Below the pieces are notes generated by a model. It saw only the letters and a list, made by a program, of their open reading frames with translations, did not search any database and had not been told where the DNA came from. A stretch of 64,000 bases of DNA from Torpedo marmorata (Eukaryota), in contig OZ360234.1 of assembly GCA_977017645.1 (NCBI GenBank), positions 16,368,001 through 16,432,000 of the forward strand. The letters are read 5' to 3'. This document shows positions 1 to 13,950 of the stretch, piece by piece. The position numbers and the translations under genes were made by a program. The stretch's first letter is position 1, and every line of letters begins with the position of its first letter.

Positions 1-268
1 TGCTGCCTGACTCAGAGTTCCTCCAGCAGTTTGCTTTCTCCACTTGCATAGATTTAGGTGCAGCAGCCAATGATGAGATTTCAATTAAATTAAAAATTTC
101 AAAACCCATCAACTAAAATCATCTCTGCAGTCAGAGCAGGGAAAAGAGCAAGCTAAATCTGATGAAGTCACAGGGATTGCATTATGGAACTAGTTAGAGA
201 TTATGGATTGCATTAGAGATCTAGTTGCACAATTTGCACCACTTCCTGATTGACAGTTTGGAGAGGTG

Positions 269-560
269 CCCAATCATCCAACCAGTTTTCTCGTTTCAGC
301 ATAGAATTCTGAGAATATGGACTGCCACAACAGCATCATGGCAGCTGCTTGAGAATGTTGCTGCAGTCATGTAATCTTTCAGTAATTTCACATTAGCTGG
401 GTAATCCCACGTTGCAACTTCCTGAAGCTGATGAACACTCCTGGCACATCAAAAGGTGCCTCAGGCTGCCCTGCAACTGTGGAAGGCCAGCCAGAGCCAC
501 AAACTCAAGCATTTGGTCATTCTGATAGCCCTCATCAGAAACAAGGTGAAACTCTTGCTG
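269..560 (-). mobile_element. Highly decayed PIF/Harbinger (HARBI1-like) transposase remnant
   Basis: Across frameshifts the minus strand reads FVALAGLPQLQG ... APFDVPGVFI ... QL ... FSSSCHDA ... WQS ... GWMIG. The order matches the Harbinger nuclease motifs AGFPxVxG / PGVFINRK / FPGSxHD / GWLLGD. Confidence 0.5.
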
Positions 561-1669
561 TTGTGTGGTAGTAAATGGAAAGTCAGTGAAAAGGTTGTGC
601 ATTAATAAGCTACAAGGAAGCAAACTGCTCCCATGTAAACCACCGCCCGGCTCCATCCACATGCTAAGCTACATCAGTCATTGTGCATATTAGATGGCCA
701 CTTAGTTACAAGCAACACCTGGTGCTACAACCTTCAGGAAATAACCTTTCCTAAAATGAGAATGAGCATCCCAATAAAAAGTTTTAAATTGTGAATGTAT
801 TTGATGGAGCATATATAGAACATATGTATCCATTTAATTTGGGACTATCAATATGTTGGACTGTAAATATATGAAGACTCAAATCCACAGGGATTCAGAA
901 TAATCTTTTGTACCCAAAGAGAGAATATGGAACACTTTAATTAGCAGAGTCGAGATGAATAGTATAGTTGCAGTTTTGCCGAATGGTAGAAACTTTATGA
1001 TTTAGATCACAAAAAACAAATAACCAACGGAAGGCAGCTGAGCCACTGGCCAAGAGTTAAGTTGCAGAGAGGGTAAAATTTTCTGGAACTAACTTTTAAG
1101 ACAAATGTGATACGAACCAATGAGATAACTAGTTTGAAAAGTTCTGTAGGTTTCAGATATAGCAGAAATAAGAATTGTCCAGTGAAAATAATGAGTCTTG
1201 GTCATATACGTAGTTGGGAGCACTAATCTAAGGGTAAATGGCAATTAAATTTTACAGGGATCCAACAAATTATGTATACCAAAGCCATTGCTCAATCCTG
1301 CTTACCTTAAAACTAGCAAAACAAAAAAAATAATCTACTCAGGAATGTCTGTGATATTGAAGCTGCCTGGAATCACAACATGCAACCAATCCATATCATA
1401 ACAGACCAGCAAGATTAATGACAGACATTGATTTATAAACTACTAGCCATCAGGTTCTCACTCATACAAGCAACCAGTGAAGGATAATGCAATAGGGGCA
1501 CCCATCACTTCCATATTTGTTGCTAAATCTGTAAATCAGTGTTCTACACTTCCTGTAGACAGTAAATTTTGACAAAAATGTATGCCCAGGAGAAAATTAA
1601 GAGCCAACATGGATTTGAACATAGGAAAGTGTTGCATGAACTGGATAAAAATTTTTTGAAGAACTAACA

Positions 1670-2290
1670 GAGGGTGGGCATGTTATTTCATATGGATTTT
1701 TGTAAAGCTTTGGATAAGGTCCCACATGGTGGTATGGAAGGTTAGAACTAGTCAACTGGATTAAAAAATTGGCTCAGTGATAGGAGTCAGAGTAGCTAGA
1801 GAACAGTTTTCAGACATGTGTGTATGGACAGTGGAGTTATGTTTGTGAAGCCACACGGAATATTTGTGCATTTTTGGTCACCAAGCAAAAGGAAGGATAT
1901 TTATAAAAGTTGCAAAGAGCACAGAGATGTCAGGATTAGCGAGGTTGAGTTATCTGAAAAAAAGAGAAAAAACTAGGACATTTTTCTTAGCATGCAAGAA
2001 GTTGAGAGGTGATTTTATTGGGGTCTCTAAAATCATAAAGACCATTGATAAGGTAAATAGTGACCGTGTTTACCAGAGTGGAGAACCAAGAAGAGAGGAC
2101 ATAACGATAAGCTGAGGGTGGGATTTAGAAAAGACAGATTTTTCACTCAGAGAGTGTTAGGCTGCCAAAGTGGTGGAGGAAGGTACCTTAGCTTCCTCTT
2201 TAGACACTTTGATAACCACTTCGACAGGAGGGGATTGGAAGGGTATGGGCCAAATGCAGGCAAATGGAACTAAAGAAAGAGGGCACATTT
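1670..2290 (+). mobile_element. Old CR1 LINE 3' fragment
   Basis: MDFCKALDKVPHG at about 1691, KLRGDFIGVSKIIK, and the CR1-type 3' end GGGTATGGGCCAAATGCAGGCAAATGGAACTA; many deletions. Confidence 0.7.
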
Positions 2291-2389
2291 CTTCAGCTGG
2301 ACCCATTTCCATGTTTGAGGTCTCAGTGGACTTTTCCCCGCAGTTGAAATCAGAAAAGGAAGTTTTGCAAAGCACTGCAGAACTGGATA

Positions 2390-4098
2390 CAGGTGCTCCC
2401 CTACTTACGATTGTCCGACTTATGATTTTTTGAAGTTACAATGGTTCGAATCCGTACTTTCAATTTCAAATTCTGATCTGTTCCCGTGCTTGAGATATGC
2501 AGTACGCTACTCTCTCGCGATGCTGGGCGGTGGCAGCATCGCGCGAGAGTATCGTACAGCATACCCTCTCGCGATGCTGACTCAACCACGCTCGCAGTCT
2601 CTGTAGTGATCACGCGGACGAGTGCACTGTAAACAACCCATCATGTCTACTAAACGCCCATGCGTGTCTCCTGCTTCTGGTGAGAAGAAAAATAGGAATG
2701 CAATTACTCTGGAGACAAAACTCAAGATACTTGCTCAGCATGAAGGCAGCAAGCCGGTAATGGCTATAGCACGTGAGGACTTTCGCAATCGACTATCTCG
2801 ACCATCTTAAAGAATAAGAGACGAATCAGTGATGCAGTGAAATCGTCAGCATCGGTGAATTCCACTATCATCACAAAGAGCTGGGCCAATTGATGATATG
2901 GAAAGATTATGTGGATGGAAGATCAAATACAAAAGCGGATACAACCGCTTAGCCTACTGATGATACAGGCTAAGTCTTTTCGATACACTTAAAGAGCGTG
3001 CTGATGATCCTACGTATACGCAAACGTTTACAGCAAGTCATGGGTGGTTCCAACGCTTTAAAAGGCGTCATAATTTTCATAATGTGAAGGTTAGCGGTGA
3101 GGCAGCAAGTGCCGATACTGAAGCTGCCGAAGCTTTTAAGGAAGAGCTGCATAGGATAATTGTTGATGAAAAATATTTGCCAGAACAAATATTTAATGTT
3201 GATGAAACGGGCTTGTTCTGGAAGCGTTTGTCGGATTCTGCTGTTGATGAAATACATAACAAGATATTAATACTTGGGAAAAAGCTAGAATTGGAAATGG
3301 ATAAAGAGGACATTCAAGACCTTGTTGGCATTGAGGCTGAAGAGCTTTCCAATGAGGAGCTGATCGAACTGGAGGAAGCAAGAAATAAAGAAACCGAGGC
3401 AGAGGAAGCAGAAGTTATACCCGAGACACCAATAAAGTTCACAGCAAAGAAACTGGCTGAGGCTCTATCAATAGTGGCGTACGGATGTTAGAAGAAATGG
3501 ACGTCAATTACGAGAGATTTGGAGGAGCTGACAGCAGATACAGGATGCTCTTGCTTGCTACAGAGAAATTTACAATGAAAAGAAGAAACAATCTGTCCAG
3601 TCAAAAATTGATATCTTCCTGAAGAAGACTATGCTTGTTAAACCATCAACAAGTGTCGATGACGCAGTGCCTTCAACAGTGTCGATGACGCAGTGCCTTC
3701 AACAGTGTCGATGACGCAGTGCCTTCAACAGTGTCGATGCCGCAGTGCCTTCAACAGTGTCGATGCCGCAGTGCCTTCAACAGTGTCGATGCCGCAGTGC
3801 CTTCAACAGTGTCGATGACGCAGTGCGTTCTACGAGCTGTTCTCGAGCATCATCAGAGGAGAGTGAAATTGATGACCCTGTTGCTTTAGCATCCCCATCA
3901 TCCAGCAATTAATTTTAGTTCAATGCTTTAAACATTCTTCATGCCCAGTGTGCTTTCAGCGGTGTACGTTAATGGTTTTTTCAGTGTGGAATAAAGGTAT
4001 TCAAAATTTAATTATAAAAAATGGTAGGTGCGGTATTCTTTTTCGACTTACGATGGGTTTGCCGGAACGTAACCCCATCGTAAGTTGAGGAGCACCTG
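2390..4098 (+). mobile_element. pogo/Tigger DNA transposon, internally deleted
   Basis: TA target duplications; 22-bp TIRs CAGGTGCTCCCCTACTTACGAT / CAGGTGCTCCTCAACTTACGAT. CENP-B-type HTH remnants (ITLETKLKIL, FTASHGWFQRFKRR) and QIFNVDETGLFWKR, after which most of the DDE core is missing. Confidence 0.92.
3646..3826 (+). repeat. 26-bp minisatellite, about 7 copies, inside the pogo element
   Basis: Unit TCAACAGTGTCGATG(A/C)CGCAGTGCCT head-to-tail with no spacers. Confidence 0.95.
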
Positions 4099-6889
4099 TA
4101 TAAAAATTCATCCTTAACTTTTCTGCTCCACTAACATTTTCTTTTGATGATGGATGTTTTCTCAAATGAGTATATTATTGATGCAGAATAGCCAGTAGTT
4201 CTACATTTAAGTGCAGGTGAGCTTTGAGTCACACACAAGACTGTGCAAGTCTCAGCCTTACTGGCCAAACTCTGCTACGGATTTCCTAGTTCTGGACTGT
4301 GAATGGTCTATCCATGAAATCAAAGTGGAGGAACAGGAATTTCCAAAGATTCCCTTGCATTCAAAAGCAAAGGCAGCGAGCACATTCAAGAAATTCTGGA
4401 ATTTTTCTGTTGGAAATAATTTACAGTTACATGGAACCTGCTTAAAAACACAAATGGTACAATTTGCAGCATAGGAAATATACTGGAAGAAATGGAATTA
4501 CAAGTATGGTATACAGTACTTCATGCATCAGCAACTCGACAATAACGGTCACTGATAAAATATTTCATTATCCAATTTATACAGATGGTAATGTGCAATG
4601 CATTGTCACTAAATTGAGGTGCATCAATTCATGTTCACCTGACTTATGATTCAATGCTATAGTTCCCACCTTCTGCTTCCTTTATGCTGCAATTGTGAAT
4701 CTTCAGCTTTTGCCAAACATACAGACCATGTCTTCTTTGCCTCAACATTTGCAGAAGCAAATACAATTTGCAGCAGGGCACAGATGTGTTCCCCACTGGG
4801 TGTGATTTCATCCCCTTAATTGTTCTGCAATGGCCAGTTATTTTAAATGCCTTAACTCTAAATCCTGAAGCAGGACATTCATTCCTATATGAAACATTCA
4901 TACCCTATCAGCTTTCACCCAAACAAATGAGCTGACCCAAGAAAATCAGTCTATCTATTGGGACACTCCCAAACATCATCTTCACACAGGCTACTACTGC
5001 AAGATTTTTCATTTGAGAGAAGCTACTCAGTAAATTTCACATGTTATATTCTTCACAATTTTCCAAATATAAATGGTTGAGTTGAATATGCATGCAGGGA
5101 ATCAGCACCAAAAAGAAAAAAATGACCTAAACAATAAAATATGACTTGGGAATATGGTGATCTACAGGGTATGATGCAACATAGCACACAGTATAACACA
5201 ATGTGAGAAATTAAATTGTTTAATTACATGGTACTTTAATAGTTCTGTTAAAAGTTTAAATCTGCACTCAACTTTGCTTTTGCAATGTCACATATACCAA
5301 TCTCCATCTTACCGTGGCTTTCTTAAAAATCAAAATTAGATAACAGATGAAATAATCAGCATTAAGTAATGCATTTATTAGAATACCTTTTATATGTCAG
5401 AATTACCCAATGCATTTGCCACATTATTTTCAATTATTGCAGGTATATTATATATAGTCGATGATTTGGATGCAACTATGTGCCACCATGAGCAAGTAAG
5501 ATAGACAAGTAACATTTTGACACGTAACAAATTATTAACCCAAATACGATGAGACTCGCCTTTTGGCAGTATCACTAATTTTATTCACAAACAGGTATGT
5601 CTATGAATTTAACACCTTGAGCAAACAGTAGCACATCAGAAATGACTGGTTGATGGTCATTTCATAATCCTCCATCTAATTTTGATATTTTAGAAAAACA
5701 GGCAGGATAGAGTAAAAAATAAGATAAGCATGTGATGCAGCAAAAGTAATGAAAAGGATTATAGAGATTTCTACAATTACAGTGGAAAGCCATGGGTAGA
5801 GAAAGCATACAAAGATGATAGAATCACATCTAGAGTTTATTCACTGGGTTGTTAGTGAGATATGGCAGAAGATTATTTATATTGTGGCAAAGCACAAGAA
5901 TGTCCCACCTTACAACAGTTCTGTGAGAACAAAGTACCAAAAGTTGCAGCATACTGGGTTTCAATGGTAGGGAGGCAATGTTGAACTTGCGTCATTCTCA
6001 TATTAACTCAACCTGGAGCCAGTTTTGAATATAAATTACACTTACGACACTGCAATTATTAATTCTGTAATGTTGCTGTATATATGTTTACAATTAGAAT
6101 CAATATTTGACTGTTTTATAAAATTGAAGCAGAGAAAATAACATTGAAAAATGTAATTTATCACAAAGCTCTTCCCATCCAATGCATCCATGAATATCTT
6201 TAGTAGTGCATGAACTGTGCCACTTTCAAAGAAATAACTTTGATTCATTAAGCTTCTTTCTCAACCCCAAGATGCCCAAGGAGCACATTTGCAGTCACTA
6301 GTGTTAGAGACAAGAAGATGATATTCAAGTGTGGTTCATAAGGAGAGGAAATTAACAGACATTTCTGGAATGTTAACCGAGGGATAAATATTGGCCAGCA
6401 CGTTGATGTCCAGAAACACTGTTTAGTACCTAAACCAAAGACAGAACCTCTAATCATGAATAACATGTTCAATACTAAAATGTCATTCTAGATTAAAAGG
6501 GTACTCAGATGCATGACCTTCTGAATCAAAAGACAGAGTGCTATCGAAATAGTTCTACCTTGATGTAAAATGAAGGTATTATGGTGAGCAAATTTAATCA
6601 TGACTAAGTATTCCTTTATATTGGTGATCTTTATATTGAAGACCAAACATTTTAGATGCTAATGAAAAAAATGCTAAAAGTTCAAACTGATCTTGTCAAA
6701 AATATGTACAAATTCTAACTCAGGACTTAGTTATTTTCTAATATTTTTCATTCCTTAGATGTGTACGCTTCTGACCTGATTAATTTTGACTTGCTCCATT
6801 TGCTTTTAGCTATGTGCACAAACCAGATGTAGCATAGAAAAAGTCATGAAATTGATATAGGAAGTGTTGCATTTTACACGTACAGTGCA

Positions 6890-7545
6890 AAAGCGGGATC
6901 CTACTGCCTGGTCATTACACCGACACCCCCTTACAGGTTTAACAGCCTGTAAACAGGGCCGTTTAAAAACATTGGCGAAACCATGGAGGTCAATGCCGAA
7001 GATTGCAGCACCCACGCTTAGCAGACCGGACCATGAAGGTTGCAGACTCCTGGGGTGCAGCTGACACCAGAGCAGATCAACCTGCCAAAAATGAGAAGCC
7101 TGGGATGAGAGCTCACTGGGTAAGCAACCACAGCAGCAGAATAGCAAGGAGCTCTGCGGCTAAAGGACTTCACACCAGGGTGCGAATGTTTGCAAAGACT
7201 GGCTCGTGGAAACCAAGTATTGGGACTGGGAATGGCAAGTAGGGGTTCCAATGGGGCTCAGGTGTCAACAACTTCAGTCCAGAACGAGTGGTCAAGGAGC
7301 GTGACTTGGATGCGTGGTGCACAGATTCACTGCTGGAACAACAGGAGGCCATGTGACTACGGACGTTACGGAAACACAAGAGGCAGTGGAGGTGGTGGTG
7401 GGGGGATCCACAGACACTCGATGTTTGAGGGGACTCTTAATTCTTTTTCTGTTCTCCTTGGGGGCACCGCAATAGTGTCAATTTTGCCGTCAAACACGGT
7501 TGTGTATTTATGTAGACAAATAAGGTATCTTGAATCTTAAAATCT
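6890..7545 (+). mobile_element. Probable non-autonomous retroposon of unassigned family
   Basis: GC-richer block ending AAATAAGGTATCTTGAATCTTAAAATCT, a short tandem tail resembling L2/Rex-type 3' ends. The 5' boundary is uncertain. Confidence 0.4.
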
Positions 7546-8229
7546 CACCAAAAACAGTGTGCACCATGAGCTGGATTTCTTTTAAAATGGGTGTGCAGAG
7601 ACCGCACACCTTATGTGAGCAATGATTTTCAATTTAATTGATGCACTCCAAAACCAGTACACAAGGACCAGAATAACAGCCTCCAGAAATTTAGGGCACC
7701 CAACTGCAGAGCATTTTATCTAATTAGTACTACTTGATCTGCAATTCCAAATTCATAGCTTTGCAGTGGTATCTGGTAAAAAAAAGATTTCTTGCAAGAA
7801 GGTGTTTACATGATCTAGCAGCTGGCCAGGCCGTTACCTCAGGTGTGCACACATCCACAGTAGAGTAGCAGTTATTGCTCAGGAAGTAGGACAATTAGGT
7901 TGCAGCTCCTCTTCATTTCTTGGTGTCGTACGACGTACACAAAGGGACTTTAGTACTACAGGTAGAACTTAATAGGATCACCAGCTTAGACATGGATTAT
8001 ATCAATAAGACACTGATTATATCAATAAAACAGTAAAAAAAAAACCAAAAACATTGGGAATGCTACTGAGAAAATACATATTTCAAAAACCATTGGGATA
8101 GCCTTTGGTACTCCTCAGTAGCAGGATGATGATATGCAACAAATAGGACCCCGACATTGTTTGGACAACTCAGAATAGACAGCAGTTTAAAGTTGGAGAC
8201 TAAATATATTGACAGATTTATAGTCGATT

Positions 8230-9782
8230 TTTTAAGGATTTAAATTTAATTATTAGGAAATTTTTGTGGAAAGTTGGTTAGAGTAGGTATGGAGAAATTA
8301 ACCTGGGATTATGAAATGGGTGGTTTACAATTTCCTAATTTTCAAAATTATTATAAAGCAGCTCAATTAAAATTTATTAATGAAATGTTTGATTTAGGAA
8401 AATCTTCTGCTTGGATTAGAATAGAATTAAATAATATAGGAGAAGATTTGAAAGAAGAGGTTATTTATAAATGGGATTCTAAATTATTATTAAGAGGAGA
8501 TAAGAACTCCCCTATTTTAAGGCATTTGTTAGAAATATGGAATAAACTGGATCAGGAGATAGGAGGGAAAGGGTTAATTTCTTGTAAAATGCCTTTTTAT
8601 CAAAATAAACTTATCCCATTTACTATTGCTAATCAATTGTTTAAAATTTGGTTTCAAAAAGGGATTAAAAAAGTAAGTGACTGTTTTGAAGCTGGTAAAT
8701 TTATTACTTTTCAAAGAATGAAAGAGTAGTTTAATGTATTAACCAATACACTCTTTGCTTATTATCAAATAAGAGCATTTTTGGTTGAAAAGTTAGGGCA
8801 TAGTTTAATCTTACCGAGACAAAGTGAATTGGAGTTACTAGTTATTAATGGGGGTATAAATAACTATTTCTCAAATGTATAGATTGTTACAGAAAAAAAT
8901 GCTAAAACCAGGAATTCATAGATCAAGATTAAAATGGGAATTAGATCTGAATGTAACAATAGATGAGGAACATTGGAAAGAAATATGTAAACAATGTATG
9001 ATGAAGATTATTAATGTTAGATACAGGTTAGTGCAATATAATTTTTTGCATCAGTTATATTTAACTCCAAAGAAACTTTAAAAATTTAATCCGACATTAT
9101 CAGGTTTATGTTTTAGATGTAATAAAGAGGAAGGTTCTTTTGTACATTCTACGTGGTTTTGTCCAAAGATATATGATTTTTGGTTGAAAGTTAAAAAGTT
9201 TTTAGATAAAGTATTGAGAATTACACTCCCAATGGATCCTAGGATATTTTTGTTTGGAAATATTAAAAGAATTAGTAATAAAATGAGATTAAATATGTAC
9301 CAAATAGAATTTTTGCGAATTGCTTTAGCTGTTTCAAAGAAATGCATTGCTATTACATGGAAATCTGATGTAGATTTAGGGTTAGAAACATGGCATGCAG
9401 AACTTCGTTCATGCATACCACTTGAAAAAATTACCGGTACTTATAATTTACGTAATAAATATCATTTCTTTTTGAAGGTATGGAGCCCATATACAAAAAC
9501 TGTGGGTTTAAGGATTTGAAGATCTCTTGATATCGGGTCTGACTGGCAAACCTGTGTTCCACAATAAAATTAATTTATAGTTGTTTCTTTTAGAATGACA
9601 TTCTCCACACTCTATTCTTTTTTCTTTCTTTTTTAGTAGAGTAGAGGGGGTGGTTGGGTTAGGGAGGGAGGGGGAGGGTGAAAATATATCACATGTATTT
9701 TGAAAATTTTGTATTTTATAAACATGTATTATTGTGTGATTTAAAATTTTAAATAAACTATTAAAAAAAATAAAATAAAAAA
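8230..9782 (+). mobile_element. 5'-truncated L1-clade LINE (ORF2 C-terminus, 3' UTR, poly-A)
   Basis: MGGLQFPNFQNYYKAAQL, YRLVQYNFLHQLYLTP, CCHC region, G-rich UTR and A tail. 16-bp TSD AGATTTA(T/C)AGTCGATT at 8214-8229 and 9783-9798. Confidence 0.93.
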
Positions 9783-11754
9783 AGATTTACAGTCGATTAA
9801 CATGAATGACAGATATACTTCGACATACTCACTAGGATGTCCCATACTGTATTCAGTGGACAATTACGGTAGCCACCAAAGCTGCTTTCGTTAGACCTAA
9901 AGCTGTGAAGGAAATCAAATACAAATCGATGAAAGTTGAGGGGGGGGGGGCAGGAAGAAAAAGAGCATGAGGAAAAATAATGTGTGGTGGTGGGTCGGGG
10001 GAGAGAGAACCCATGAGGGGAAAAGGGGGCAAATATCATTAAAAAAAGGTTTCCATTATAATTCTAAGAATGTTATTTGAGGGAATACTCTACCAGAGGG
10101 GAAAAAAAGAATTTTGCATTTAAAGGACATCAGTTGCTTCAAGCACAACGAAGGCGAACAACCAATTTGCCTACACTGACTTTCGCTGTGACATTTTCTG
10201 AAATAAATATTCAAATTTGATTCAATGACAATTCAAGTTATTGACATCCTTTATGGTTTAACCTTCACCAGAAAAAAGTGTGCACTCCTCTACAGAAAAA
10301 AATTCAATTAATTGATTGATTCTTGAATGGATAAACAGGGATTTTATTTACGTAAAACAAAGCGAAATATTAAATGTGAGAAGAACAAATGAAAATGGAA
10401 GTTAAAAAATGAAAAGAAATGCCAATGTTCTAATTTGGCCAAACACCGATATCTGAAATTTCAATGACTGATTTCTTATATTTTGGCATAATGTGTATAG
10501 TTTCGCTTCTTGACTAAAAGTATCTTGATTTCAGTTAAAATTATTTTCATCATAATCAACTTCATTCAGTAAGAACAAAGGAATTTATCAATTGATGGCT
10601 ATTTGAATGAAAAATAGTTTGGCTACTAGTTTTTATAAAAGCATCACCAGTTACATTTTTACAATCATTAATGCATGATATACAAAATCAAAAACACTTC
10701 AAAAAATTATCTTCTGCCAGACACATTTTCTATTATTGAAAATGGGTATCTTAGTGCTCAAGGTATTTAACGAGCATGATGTGGAATATATAGTACTGGA
10801 ACTGTTATGGTTAAATTTATCATAAATTCTCATTTCAAAAGAAGAATATGGCTTCATTCAGCAGCTATGGAAAAGAAATGATCAATGATAGGATAAACCA
10901 ACATACTATGGGGCTATTTCATTGCCTAAGTTTTTTTTCAAGTCAGGTTATTCACAATAAAATACAATACCAAACGTGCTTCCTGTCGCCAAAGTTTGGA
11001 TACTTTGATCCTTTTTCAAACTGCAGAGGGTACATTTTGTCCAATGCACAAATCAGTACAAGCAAAATGTAACGTGTAATAATTAACATGCAGATATATT
11101 TGCATCACCCTTATAGAGCATTATCTGAAAGGATGCCCTGGATTTTAGGGAACAATATTTATCAAGTCAATGGGATGTATACGAAACATTGTTCCACCAT
11201 GATTCATGGAATAATGGCAATATATTGGGCATTCATATGGAATTGGTTAATGATCAAAACGAAAGTGAGATGTGGATATTTTATAGCTGACAAACTATTG
11301 GGCTTCAGCCATTTACATAAATGAATACACTACTGTTCTTTCAGTCACTGTTAATACAAATAAGGTGGGAAATTGCAATAACATGAAATCCTGCAAGGAA
11401 TTTACAGGTTGATTAAGTGAAATGTGAGAGAATAAAGTGCATAAAGAGTATAAAATCTAAGATGATCCATTTTGGTAGAATTAAAAAGCGTATTATTTTA
11501 ATATTGAGACACCAATGAATTCTAATGCTCAGAACATTTTTGATGTCAGCATTCAAGAAACATTTAGAATGCAAGTACAGCAAGTAGTTAGGAAGGAAAG
11601 TGGAACATTGGTGTTTCTTACAGGAATGAAATACAAAGTTAGAATAACCTTGTTGTACTGAGAACGCACCTGGAATATTGTACACAATGTTGGTCTCCAG
11701 CTTCCAAAGGTATAATCACCATGGAAGTAGTGAAGAATGCTCTCTAGATTGATG

Positions 11755-12842
11755 TGAAACACGAATGTCTGCAGACGCTGTGATTGTAGTAAAAACACAA
11801 ATGCTGGAGGAAATCAACATGTCTCGCAGCATCCAATAGGAGATAAAGATGTACAATCGATGTTTCAGGCCAGAGCCCTTCTTCAAGGTTTGAGTAAAAA
11901 GCAGGCAGGCGCCTGAATTAAAAGAAAGGACAGGGGGAGGAGTACAGACCAACAGACAAAATGTGTTAATTGGATTTGGATAGGACAGGAGGGAGGAATG
12001 GTAAGAATTGATTGGGGAATGGGGGAGGAGGTTGATGGCTCTGTGAATGCAGAGCTGGGGGAAAGACAAAGGGAAGAGAAACAGAGCTAGAGGAAAGGGG
12101 ACCTAGTGAAAGATGGTGTGGGGGCGGGGGGCGGCTGGCTAACAGAGAAGTGGATGTTAATGCCATCCAATTTGAGGGTGCTCAGACGGAATACGAGGTG
12201 TTGTTTCTCCAATTTGCAGTTGGTCTCAGTCTGGCAGTGCACGAGACCGTGGACATACATGTCGGCAAGGGATTGGGCGGAGAATTTCAATGGGTGGCCA
12301 CTGGAAGATCCCCATTATTGCAGCAGACAAAGCAGAGTTGCTCAACAAAGTGATCTGCCGGTCTGCATCCAGTCTCCCTGAAGTAGAGCACCAGATGCAT
12401 CATACAGTGCTCCTGTTGTGGTCTCCTCTACATCCAAGAGAACACCACCTCAGATTCTGTCTGGGCATCCTCCAACTGGATGGCATTAACATCGACCTCC
12501 AGTTCCCGTTAGCCCCCACCCCATCGACCACCATTTCTCCTTTCCTCTAGCTCTGTCTCTCCCTCTCTTCCGTCTCCTTTCCCCCAGCCCTGCATTCAGT
12601 CAACTCTACCCCCCCCCCAATCAACTCTCACCTTTCCTCTCTTGTCCTCCGAAACAGATCCAATTAACAACTTTTATCTGCTGATCTGTGCTCCTCCCCA
12701 TGCCCTTTCTTTTAATTCAGGCACCTGCTTGCTTTTTACTCAGACCTTGAAGAAGGGCTCAGGTCTGAAATGTAGGTTGCAATATCTTTACCTCCTATGG
12801 ATGCTACGAGACCTGCTGAGTTCCTCCAGCATTTGTTTTTAC
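11755..12842. mobile_element. Penelope-like element remnant with inverted arms
   Basis: GIY-YIG C-terminal remnant (KLEKQHLVFRLSTLKLDGINI) on both strands, diverged inverted arms and decayed hammerhead motifs. 17-bp TSD with 3 mismatches at 11738-11754 and 12843-12859. Confidence 0.8.
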
Positions 12843-13950
12843 TGCTCTTTTGATTGGTGCCTGGGATGCAAGAAACACATTGTGAAGAGATTAGGCACAA
12901 TGAATGGTACTTAGAAGAAATTGCAATCTTATTTAACTAATATTTTCAGGACACTTTACAAGGTGGGTTCCACGATGATGTTTCTTCTGGAATCACTGAG
13001 CAGGCAATTTCTTTACTCAGATGATTCTGAATCTTTAGAATCATCTACTCCAGAGTTATGGATACTGAATCATTGTAAATTAATAGCAATGATAGATCTT
13101 TGGTCTATAAAGTCATCGATGAGTTCAGCCATGATCCAAATGACAACAGGTTCAAAGGTTACTCCTACTTCTCTATCTTCAATTTCTACAAAATAAAACC
13201 ACAAAGGAAATGCTTAAAAGCCTTACCTGTTATCAACTATTTGTCTTAACTATCCATTAAATGTGACAAAGGAGAGACATTGTGGGAACATAAAATTGCC
13301 TGAACTAGCACTAGTAACCTTTCACTCCGATGTCACTGGCCATCACCTGCAAGAAATGTAAGCATGTAACACTGGAAAAATTCACTTCCACAGAGTAGGT
13401 GCTTTACATGTTGCCCATTACAAATACCTGATCCAAGAATGTTCGCCGTTGACAAGGGTACCTAACATACAAAGCACTAATTCCACAATATCACTCTTAA
13501 CATTTAATGTATGATGCTTTTACATCAACGCACCAGATATCATAATTTTGCACACCTAATTATTACCATTTGTTTTCATATCAAAACAAGGGAGCACGAT
13601 TTCTTATATCAAGTATACACATTGCAAAGATGGATCCTTAAGAGAAAAATTACAAAATAAAGTTTGAATAAAAATGTAATGTTTATGCAAATATCATAAA
13701 CTGCAGCAAAAAAATACCCAGCTTTGCTATTTAAATATGCAATGTAAAATTCAGTGCAATGGACCACATTTGAAATGTTAAAATTTTACTGAAAAATAAC
13801 CAGAAATAACCGGCACCTTTAAACATGAAGAGCCCCTCATTAGTTTATTGTTCTTAGTGAAAGCATCTTTTTGGCTAGTCAAAATACTACCTACTTGAAT
13901 CTAAAAAATGGAGGTCATGTAAACCTTTTCTCAAGGATTGCATCCCATTT

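Noticed and set aside
3646-3826. CRISPR-like array
   Set aside because: Units are contiguous with no unique spacers, there are no cas genes, and the array lies inside a eukaryotic transposon.
12921-13196. 91-aa plus-strand ORF and its acidic antisense frame
   Set aside because: No recognisable domain; the antisense frame has several stops.
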